Shown: one piece after another, positions 9,947 through 17,354 of the stretch
How the letters are laid out: each line of letters starts with the position of its first letter
Numbering within the stretch: the first letter of the stretch is position 1
Source: Armatimonadota bacterium
GTDB lineage: Bacteria > Armatimonadota > Hebobacteria > CAIYQO01
Length of the DNA stretch: 55,564 bases
Reading direction: 5' to 3'
Assembly (NCBI GenBank): GCA_038215455.1
Contig: JBBQQW010000001.1
Location: forward strand, 1 to 55,564
The notes under the pieces: model-generated
Told to the model about the DNA's origin: nothing
Databases searched by the model: none
What the model saw: only the letters and a program-made list of their open reading frames with translations
Program-made: the position numbers and the translations under genes

Positions 9947-9955
9947 TGGTATAAT
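9947..9955 (+). promoter_or_regulatory. candidate extended -10 promoter (TGgTATAAT) for secA
   Basis: TGGTATAAT lies 50 nt upstream of the secA GTG. No good -35 is seen, which is tolerated by extended -10 promoters. Confidence 0.35.
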
Positions 9956-10005
9956 GCCTTTGCGCACGTGCGCCATAAATCGCCATTCAAGAGAAGGATA
10001 ACATC

Positions 10006-13000
10006 GTGGCATTTCTTGCTTCGCTTTTCGATCATACTAAAAGAGACGTCGACCGTTCCTGGAAGACTGTCGCCAGTATCAGTGCCCTTCGTCCTAAGAT
10101 GATAGCACTGTCAGACGACGAACTCCGCGCCAAGACCGATGAGTTCCGGCGTCGTCTGGCCGAGGGGGCCGTACTGGATGACCTGATGGTGGAGGCCTTC
10201 GCGGTAGTGCGCGAAGCCGCCTGGCGTGTCCTCGGACGGCGGCAATACCGCTTCTGGGTGGAGCGCTCCGGGCTGAAAAACGCCGTCGGCACCAGCGCCC
10301 TCGATGAGATCCTCGTCTCCGAAGGTGAAAAGGCTAATACCGAAAATGAATTGAAGAGCAGCGGGAAGAAATTCACCGTCGAGCGCTTCATGGAGCCGTT
10401 CGACGTGCAGCTCATCGGTGGTATCATGCTCCATCGGGGCATGATCGCCGAAATGAAAACCGGTGAAGGTAAAACGCTGGTGGCCGCCGCCCCATTGTAT
10501 CTAAATGCATTGGCCGGCAAAGGTTCCCACCTCGTCACCGTCAACGACTTCCTGGTACGCTACCAGGGCACGGTGATGGGCGAGCTGTACAGCTTCCTCG
10601 GTATGACCACGGCAATCACCCAGTCCAGCAAAGGTGATGGCCAACTCCCATCATACGTCTATGACCCGAGTTATAATCAGCCGGACGGTATCCCCGGGTT
10701 ACCACTGCGCCCGGTATCACGCCATGATTCATATTATGCGGATATCCTCTACACTACCAATAACGAGATCGGCTTTGATTACCTGCGCGATAACATCGCT
10801 ATGGAGATGCGGCAGCTGGCGCAGAAGGAACTGAACTTTGCTATCGTCGACGAGGTCGACAATATCCTCGTCGATGAAGCGTGTACCCCGCTCATCCTCT
10901 CCGGGCCGGGCGAGAAGCCTTCTGAACTGTATGTTACCGTGGACCGCGTCATCCGCGAGCTGAAGAATGAAGTAGACTATATCATCGATGAAAAAGGCAA
11001 GAATGCCTCCCTCACCGAGGATGGTATGGCCAGAGTAGAACGCACGCTGGGGGTGGAGAACATCGCTGATCCAGAGAACCTGGAGCTGTTCCAGCACGTA
11101 ACCTCGGCTGTCCGCGCCCACGGTTGCTACTCGCTGGATAAAGACTATATCGTCAAAGAGGGTGAAGTCATCATCGTCGACGAATTCACCGGACGTCTGA
11201 TGTATGGCCGCCGCTTCTCCGAGGGTCTGCACCAGGCGATTGAAGCCAAAGAAGGGGTGAAGGTGGAGCGCGAAAGCATGACCATCGCCACCATCACTTT
11301 CCAGAACTTCTTCCGCCTCTATGCGAAGCTCTCCGGTATGACAGGTACCGCCAAGACGGAAGAGCAGGAGTTTATCAAAATCTACGGCTTGCCCGTCGCC
11401 GTTATCCCGACAAATCGCCCGGTATCGCGCAAGGATCACCCGGATACCGTCTATAAATCGGAAGAAGCGAAGCTCCGCGGCATTATCGGCGAAATCCTGC
11501 AATGCGAGAGCCGGCATCAGCCGGTGCTGGTGGGTACCCGTTCGGTAGAGTTCTCCGAGCGCGTCAGCGAGCGCCTCAAAGCCGACCTGCTCCAGTCCTT
11601 TGCCCTCGCCTCCATCATGCATCAGCAGATCGTCGGCATGCGCAAACTGGACGAGAAACAACGCATGGAGTTTGCGGCAATTCTCAAATTGCGCATGGTC
11701 GACACCAAAAAAGAACGCGAACACCTGCAGAAGACGCTGGAGAAGCTCTATGGCTACCAGAATCCGAACTCTATCCGGCTGGTGCAGCCGGAAGAGATTC
11801 GCCAGATAGAGATGCGCCTGGAACGTGCCGAGGGCCTGGATAATGAGATTATCGCCCTTGCCGAGAAGGTGAAAGGCACTGCAGATTTGTCGGCCAACGA
11901 CGCCCGGCGTATCGGCGAGATCATTTGCTACCAACGCCTGGAGCTGGTGCAAAATGACCGCATGGGCAAGCTGATGGTAGTCTGCGGCCTCCCCGCGAAG
12001 GCGACTGACCCGGAGAACGTCAAGCGTCTCGCCGAGATCATCGACCTGGATACCGCCCACGATCAGCTGGCGGAGTTGCTGGCACGCGGTGTCCCACATA
12101 ATATCCTCAACGCGAAGTACCATGAGAAAGAAGCGCACATCGTCGCCCAGGCCGGGCGTCCCGGCGCGGTGACCATCGCCACCAATATGGCGGGTCGTGG
12201 TGTCGACATCATGCTGGGTGGCAACCCCAGTGAGATGATCGACGACATTATCGACGAATGGGAGCTGAATAGAGACGAGGTAACAGAGGAAGAAAAAGAC
12301 AAAGCGCTGCGCGAAGCGCGCAAGCGCTGCCTGCGTGACCGCGAGATCGTGGTTGCCCAGGGCGGGCTGGCCATCGTGGGTACCGAGCGCCATGAGAGCC
12401 GCCGTATCGACAATCAGCTCCGTGGTCGTTCTGGGCGTCAGGGTGATCCTGGTTCCTCACGCTTCTTCGTCTCCATGCAGGACGAGTTGATGCGCCTCTT
12501 CGGCCCGGAACGTATCGCCTTCCTCTACAACAACTGGGATGAGAGTGAATCAATCGCCATCGGCCTCATCAGCAAGCAGATCGAGACCGCGCAGAAGAAG
12601 GTAGAAGGCCACAACTTCGAGCAACGCGAGCAGACGCTCAAATATGACGACGTGATGAATAAGCACCGTACCGTCATCTACGAGCAACGCCGGCAGGTAC
12701 TGGAAGGCGAGAACATGCGCGCCACCGCTATCGGTGCCCTGGAAGCCGGTGTGCAGAAGCGCGTGCTGGAATTTGCGCCAGAATCCCTCCCTACCACGGA
12801 ATGGCAAACAGATAAGCTGGGCCATGCGCTGATGGAGCTTTGTCCTGAGCTGCCTCTCTTCTACGCCCCGGTAGAGATGCGCCAGGGGCCTAGTGTCCCC
12901 GCGCTGGAGACGCTGCACCGCGCCCGTATCACTCAGCTATATTATGACGGCTTGAAGAAGCACAAACGCCAGGATGAGCTGATGGAAGAGATCATGGGCC

Positions 13001-13455
13001 ATATCGAAGAAGCCTATGAGGCACATGAGATAGAGCAGGGCGAGGAGAATATGCGCCTGCTGGAGCGGCTGGTGATCCTGCGTGTGGTGGACTCCAAGTG
13101 GATGCGCCACCTGGATGCAATGGACTTCCTCCGCGACGGCATTGGCCTCCGTGGCTATGAACAGACTGATCCGTTGGTGGCCTATAGCAAAGAATCGGCG
13201 GCGATGTGGAGCGAGTTGATGGCGGAAATCCAGGAGGAGATCGGCCACAGTATCCTGCGCCTGCGCTTGATCACTGCGGAAGAGCAAAGCCAGCAACAGG
13301 CGGCACGCGCCAAGCAAGTCTCCGCCAACCGCAGCGATGAGGAAGCCGCTGCACTGAAAGGTGGCGACCGCGTTGCCCATTCAGGTGTCGGCAGGAATGA
13401 CCCGTGTCCGTGTGGTAGTGGCAAGAAATTCAAACAATGCTGCCTGAACAAATAA
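10006..13455 (+). CDS. secA: preprotein translocase ATPase SecA (oversized, 1149 aa)
   Basis: Contains MKTGEGKTL (Walker A), VDEVDNILVDEA (DEAD-like box), TNMAGRGVDI, RIDNQLRGRSGRQGDPG and the C-terminal zinc SEC-C motif CPCGSGKKFKQCC. Extra segments are described in the findings. Confidence 0.97.
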   Translation: MAFLASLFDHTKRDVDRSWKTVASISALRPKMIALSDDELRAKTDEFRRRLAEGAVLDDLMVEAFAVVREAAWRVLGRRQYRFWVERSGLKNAVGTSALDEILVSEGEKANTENELKSSGKKFTVERFMEPFDVQLIGGIMLHRGMIAEMKTGEGKTLVAAAPLYLNALAGKGSHLVTVNDFLVRYQGTVMGELYSFLGMTTAITQSSKGDGQLPSYVYDPSYNQPDGIPGLPLRPVSRHDSYYADILYTTNNEIGFDYLRDNIAMEMRQLAQKELNFAIVDEVDNILVDEACTPLILSGPGEKPSELYVTVDRVIRELKNEVDYIIDEKGKNASLTEDGMARVERTLGVENIADPENLELFQHVTSAVRAHGCYSLDKDYIVKEGEVIIVDEFTGRLMYGRRFSEGLHQAIEAKEGVKVERESMTIATITFQNFFRLYAKLSGMTGTAKTEEQEFIKIYGLPVAVIPTNRPVSRKDHPDTVYKSEEAKLRGIIGEILQCESRHQPVLVGTRSVEFSERVSERLKADLLQSFALASIMHQQIVGMRKLDEKQRMEFAAILKLRMVDTKKEREHLQKTLEKLYGYQNPNSIRLVQPEEIRQIEMRLERAEGLDNEIIALAEKVKGTADLSANDARRIGEIICYQRLELVQNDRMGKLMVVCGLPAKATDPENVKRLAEIIDLDTAHDQLAELLARGVPHNILNAKYHEKEAHIVAQAGRPGAVTIATNMAGRGVDIMLGGNPSEMIDDIIDEWELNRDEVTEEEKDKALREARKRCLRDREIVVAQGGLAIVGTERHESRRIDNQLRGRSGRQGDPGSSRFFVSMQDELMRLFGPERIAFLYNNWDESESIAIGLISKQIETAQKKVEGHNFEQREQTLKYDDVMNKHRTVIYEQRRQVLEGENMRATAIGALEAGVQKRVLEFAPESLPTTEWQTDKLGHALMELCPELPLFYAPVEMRQGPSVPALETLHRARITQLYYDGLKKHKRQDELMEEIMGHIEEAYEAHEIEQGEENMRLLERLVILRVVDSKWMRHLDAMDFLRDGIGLRGYEQTDPLVAYSKESAAMWSELMAEIQEEIGHSILRLRLITAEEQSQQQAARAKQVSANRSDEEAAALKGGDRVAHSGVGRNDPCPCGSGKKFKQCCLNK

Positions 13456-13540
13456 TTGAATTCCTCTGTAGAAGAGGAACGACGCTACTGTATGTAGAAA
13501 AATAACTGTTAGTGTTAGCTAGTAAGGAACTGTTGAAGTT

Positions 13541-14905
13541 ATGATAGAGCGTTATAGTTACCCGGAGATGAAGGCGCTGTGGGAGCCACAGAGCCGCTAC
13601 GATACTTGGCTGGAAGTGGAATTGCAGATCGCCGAAGCCTGGGCCAAGCTGGGGGTAGTACCGGCAGATGCCGCCCTGGCCCTGCGCCAAAATGCCCGCG
13701 TGGAAGCACAGCGCGCTATCGAGCTGGAAGGCGAGACCCCCGGTAAAGAAGCCGAGGGCAAAGAGAAAAAGCGCACCCGCCATGACCTCATCGCTTTCCT
13801 CCATGCCGTCTACGAGCATCTGGGCGAAGAAAAGAAGTGGCTGCACTACGGCGTCACCTCCTATGATATTGAAGATACCGCGCTCTCCATGTTAATGGTA
13901 AAAGCCGCGAAGATCATCCTCGACGACCTTGATGAGCTGGAAGCTGCGATTATCATTCGCGCTAACGAGCACAAGTGGACCTATATGATCGGGCGCAGCC
14001 ACGGCGTCCATGCCGAGCCGATCACCTTCGGCCTCAAGCTCTGCGTCTGGCTGGGCGAGTTGCGCCGTCGTCGCACCATGTTCGTCAACGCCATTGCTAC
14101 CATCAGCGCCTGCAAGATCTCCGGTGCCGTCGGTACCTTTGCCAATGTTGACCCCCGCGTGGAAGAGATCGTGGCGGAGAACCTCGGCCTGACTCCATCA
14201 CCCGCAGCCACCCAGGTGCTGCAGCGCGACCGCCACGCGGAGTTCCTCGCGGCATTGGCAGTGCTGGCGGGCAGTCTGGAGCAGTTCGCCACCGAAATAC
14301 GGAATTTACAAAGGACTGATATACTGGAAGTGGAGGAATCCTTCCAGGCAGGTCAGCGTGGTTCATCGGCGATGCCGCATAAGCGAAACCCCATTGTCTG
14401 CGAGCGCGTTTCCGGTATGGCACGCCTGCTGCGCGGCAATCTGGTCCCGGCAATAGAGAATATGGCGCTCTGGCACGAGCGTGATATCGCCCACTCTTCG
14501 GTCGAGCGCATCATTATCCCGGACTCCTGCATCCTGATAGACTACATGTTGAAGAAGTTCACCGGTGTAGTGAAAGGAATGTATGTCTATGAGAAGCGTA
14601 TGCTAAAGAACCTGGACGCCACCGGCGGCCTCTTCAACAGTGAGGCAGTCATGCTGGCAGCGGTGAAAAACGGCATGGGCAAAGATGAGGCCTATACCGC
14701 GGTGCAGGGCCACGCCATGGATACCTGGGCAAAAATCCAGGAGGACGAGCTTAGCGCGGAAGAGCTGGCCACCTATTATCCCGCGCAGTTGAAGGCGGAT
14801 ACCGAGCTGGGAAAATATCTCACGCCCGAGCAGATTGATACTGCCTTTGCCTGGCGTACCCATCTGAAGCATATCGAAGTCTTTTATCAGCGCCTGAATA
14901 TCTAG
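13541..14905 (+). CDS. purB: adenylosuccinate lyase
   Basis: MIERYSYPEM..LW.......WLEVE...EAWA.LG..P and the fumarate-lyase signature GSSAMPHKRNP. Confidence 0.95.
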   Translation: MIERYSYPEMKALWEPQSRYDTWLEVELQIAEAWAKLGVVPADAALALRQNARVEAQRAIELEGETPGKEAEGKEKKRTRHDLIAFLHAVYEHLGEEKKWLHYGVTSYDIEDTALSMLMVKAAKIILDDLDELEAAIIIRANEHKWTYMIGRSHGVHAEPITFGLKLCVWLGELRRRRTMFVNAIATISACKISGAVGTFANVDPRVEEIVAENLGLTPSPAATQVLQRDRHAEFLAALAVLAGSLEQFATEIRNLQRTDILEVEESFQAGQRGSSAMPHKRNPIVCERVSGMARLLRGNLVPAIENMALWHERDIAHSSVERIIIPDSCILIDYMLKKFTGVVKGMYVYEKRMLKNLDATGGLFNSEAVMLAAVKNGMGKDEAYTAVQGHAMDTWAKIQEDELSAEELATYYPAQLKADTELGKYLTPEQIDTAFAWRTHLKHIEVFYQRLNI

Positions 14906-14972
14906 TGCCTGTTCAGGGGATACAGCTCCCATGTCATGATGACCAGAATGCCGTTTACAAGAGGAATATATT

Positions 14973-15725
14973 ATGTCCTGGCGTTTTCTGTTCGGTGGAA
15001 TGATAGTCATACTGGCGATAGGATTTTTGCTGGAATACGCGCGCGTCATCTCTATGGAGACATTTATCGTCATCCTGGGGTGGGAGTGGCCCGCGTTTGT
15101 TATGCTCATCGGCATCAATCAACTGCTGGTGACGCCGACGAAACCCTGGGGGGCGTTGACATTAATAGGCGTAAGTATTGTGCTCCTGGTCAGAAGCTCG
15201 TTGATGATGCAGAGCAATTCATCCGATCTCGGGAGTATGGCGCATAAGTTGCTCATCGTTCCAGCGATCTTTGCGGTACTATTAGGTATTCGTATGATGC
15301 TTCCTCGGGAAGAGAAACGGGAACGTGCTGGCAGCAATGATTTATCGAGTAATACCGGGAAGGGAACGGCGAAACCGGTACGCTTTGAACATGATATTCA
15401 CGACCGCGTAGTACTCTCCGGCATGTTCTTTAAGAATGAATCGCAGCAGTTTCACGGGGGTAAAATCATCGCAATAGTGGGCGATTATGTTATGGATCTG
15501 CGTGGTGCCATACTCGATAATGCCGGCGCTGACTTGAAGATCATGGTAATATTTGGCACAGTGCGGATAATCGTCCCGGAGCTTATGCTCGTATCAATTG
15601 AGGCGAAATCGATGTTTGCGAGTGTGCATAACAACACTAAGTCGCTTATAATAGATGAAGCGGGGCGCCCGGAGCTGAAGATAACTGCTCTGGCCACCAT
15701 GGGATCCGTAGAGATAACCAATTAG
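14973..15725 (+). CDS. membrane protein with LiaF-like (cell wall-active antibiotic response, DUF2154-like) C-terminal domain
   Basis: Three or four N-terminal TM helices, then a beta-rich C-terminal region (IFGTVRIIVPELMLVSIEAKSMFASV) that resembles LiaF C-termini. This is a recognition-level call only. Confidence 0.45.
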   Translation: MSWRFLFGGMIVILAIGFLLEYARVISMETFIVILGWEWPAFVMLIGINQLLVTPTKPWGALTLIGVSIVLLVRSSLMMQSNSSDLGSMAHKLLIVPAIFAVLLGIRMMLPREEKRERAGSNDLSSNTGKGTAKPVRFEHDIHDRVVLSGMFFKNESQQFHGGKIIAIVGDYVMDLRGAILDNAGADLKIMVIFGTVRIIVPELMLVSIEAKSMFASVHNNTKSLIIDEAGRPELKITALATMGSVEITN

Positions 15726-15734
15726 TAATTCTGA

Positions 15735-15750
15735 CGTGGAATATTCCACG
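15735..15750. promoter_or_regulatory. perfect 16-bp palindrome CGTGGAATATTCCACG upstream of purS (candidate operator or small hairpin)
   Basis: Read directly from the sequence. It sits in the 48-nt gap between the LiaF-like stop (15725) and the purS GTG (15774). Confidence 0.3.
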
Positions 15751-15773
15751 AGACATAAGAAGAGGAGCAAATA

Positions 15774-16037
15774 GTGCTTTATCATGTAAATATCGAGATT
15801 ACACTCAAGCCCACAGTGATGGACGCACAGGGCACCACCATTGAACGTGCGCTGCATAAAATGGGGCATGAGGGCGTCTCAAATGTACGCATCGGCAAGT
15901 TCGTCGCTATGGAAATTGACGCCTGTTGCGAGGATACCGCCCATAACATGGCGGACGAAATGTGCCGCGAGTTGCTGGCTAACCAGGTCATCGAACAGTA
16001 TGATATCCAGGTGACGTCACTAGAGGTAGCGGTATGA
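15774..16037 (+). CDS. purS: phosphoribosylformylglycinamidine synthase subunit PurS
   Basis: The 87-aa protein [42 protein letters not shown] has the PurS fold signature. GTG start with AGAGGAG upstream. The stop overlaps the purQ start (ATGA). Confidence 0.9.
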   Translation: MLYHVNIEITLKPTVMDAQGTTIERALHKMGHEGVSNVRIGKFVAMEIDACCEDTAHNMADEMCRELLANQVIEQYDIQVTSLEVAV

Positions 16038-16753
16038 AGTTCGGTGTCGTAGTATTCCCTGGCTCCAACTGTGATGCCGATTGTAACTATGCCGTCGCCA
16101 CGGTCACAGGTTTGGAAGTCCGCAACGTCTGGCATGAAGAAACGGACATCACCGACCTCGACTGCATCATCCTACCGGGTGGCTTCTCCTATGGCGACTA
16201 CCTCCGCTGCGGTGCAGTGGCGCGCTTCTCACCGGTGATGAAATCTGTTGTCGAGCATGCCGCCAAAGGCAAATATATCATCGGCATCTGTAACGGCTTT
16301 CAGGTCCTCACCGAAGCCGGATTGCTCCCCGGTGCCCTGTATCGCAACGACCATCTGCAGTTCATCTGCCAGCCGCAGCACCTGCGGATAGAGTGCACGG
16401 ATTCACCGTTCACGCACTTCTATACCCCCAGGCAAGTGGTGAACTTCCCCATCGCTCATGGCGAAGGCCGCTACTACGCCGATGCGGATACGCTCAAGCA
16501 GCTGGAAGACAACAATCAGGTGATCCTCCGCTACTGCGACGCCACTGGCAACATCACGGAAGCGGCGAACCCGAATGGCTCAGTGAATAACATCGCCGGT
16601 ATCTGCAACGAGCGCGGCAATGTGCTGGGCATGATGCCGCACCCGGAGCGCGTCTGTGATCGCCTGTTGGGCGGTACTGATGGAAAGAAGCTCTTCAAGG
16701 GGCTGGTGGAAAGTCTGCACATCCAGGCGATCAGCATCAGAGGCCTGCACTAG
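16034..16753 (+). CDS. purQ: phosphoribosylformylglycinamidine synthase glutaminase subunit PurQ
   Basis: [14 protein letters not shown]...A......[15 protein letters not shown]...[16 protein letters not shown]...HPER shows the class I amidotransferase Cys-His-Glu triad context. Confidence 0.95.
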   Translation: MKFGVVVFPGSNCDADCNYAVATVTGLEVRNVWHEETDITDLDCIILPGGFSYGDYLRCGAVARFSPVMKSVVEHAAKGKYIIGICNGFQVLTEAGLLPGALYRNDHLQFICQPQHLRIECTDSPFTHFYTPRQVVNFPIAHGEGRYYADADTLKQLEDNNQVILRYCDATGNITEAANPNGSVNNIAGICNERGNVLGMMPHPERVCDRLLGGTDGKKLFKGLVESLHIQAISIRGLH

Positions 16754-16765
16754 AAGGGAGTTGCT

Positions 16766-17251
16766 TTGAACGAAGTAGATATAAACTCCAATAGTATCGA
16801 GCAGTTAGCGGTTATCGAAGAGATTATCGCTGACATCTATGCTACCTATTCCCGAACCATCCCCGAATTCAGTGAGTTTTGGAATGGGATATCGGTCGAG
16901 GAGCTGCATCACGCTTCCTGGGTACGCACCCTGCTGCATATGTACCAGGCGGGGAAGATATTCATTGAAGAAGGCAGATTTTCGCTGGATACCATACTTA
17001 CTTTTCAGACCTACCTTCGCGAACTGCGCACGGATGCCCAACTGGGCAAGACCACCGCTATCGGAGCGCTCAGTGTAGCACGCGATCTGGAGGGAACGCT
17101 GGCAGAATCCAGTTTTCACCAGGTATTCGCCACTGATTCCCGCGAGGTGGGCGAACTATTGAATAGATTGCGTCACAGCACCGAGAAGCATGTAGAGCGT
17201 ATCGAGCATGTCTGGCAGGAGTACAAGAAGACCTCCACATTGGAGAATTAG
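16766..17251 (+). CDS. hypothetical helical protein (possibly a ferritin-like four-helix bundle) inserted between purQ and purL
   Basis: 161-aa ORF with a TTG start 5 nt after AAGGGAG. Predicted all-helical, with ExxH-type elements (VEELHHASW; TEKHVERIEH). I do not recognise a family. Confidence 0.55.
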   Translation: MNEVDINSNSIEQLAVIEEIIADIYATYSRTIPEFSEFWNGISVEELHHASWVRTLLHMYQAGKIFIEEGRFSLDTILTFQTYLRELRTDAQLGKTTAIGALSVARDLEGTLAESSFHQVFATDSREVGELLNRLRHSTEKHVERIEHVWQEYKKTSTLEN

Positions 17252-17354
17252 CTAATCCGCGAAGGTGGCCGACCCGTCGGGGATGATGCAAATCATCTGA
17301 ACAGTGATGACCGTGGATCAACCCCACGATGACAATAAGGATCGAGAAAAACTG

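Noticed and set aside
9962-9973. 12-bp perfect palindrome GCGCACGTGCGC in the secA 5' region
   Set aside because: Gapless 12-bp palindromes are expected about a dozen times by chance in 55 kb (4^-6 per position), more in GC-rich DNA. There is no second copy or other context to support an operator.
10729-12393. 554-aa ORF antisense to secA, plus smaller antisense or offset ORFs at 10032-10544 and 12063-13380
   Set aside because: It lies entirely opposite an unambiguous SecA reading frame and has no SD. Its composition (L/R/A/G/D/H-rich, low complexity) is typical of stop-free antisense frames in GC-rich coding DNA.
13461-13479. Hairpin TTCCTCT-gtaga-AGAGGAA after secA, and the GC-rich hairpin GGGGGCGGGC-atcgc-GCTCGCCCCC at 19581-19605 after purL
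   Set aside because: Neither is followed by a U-tract. The stems are short or sit just before the next gene start, so I do not call them terminators. They may be mRNA-stabilising structures.
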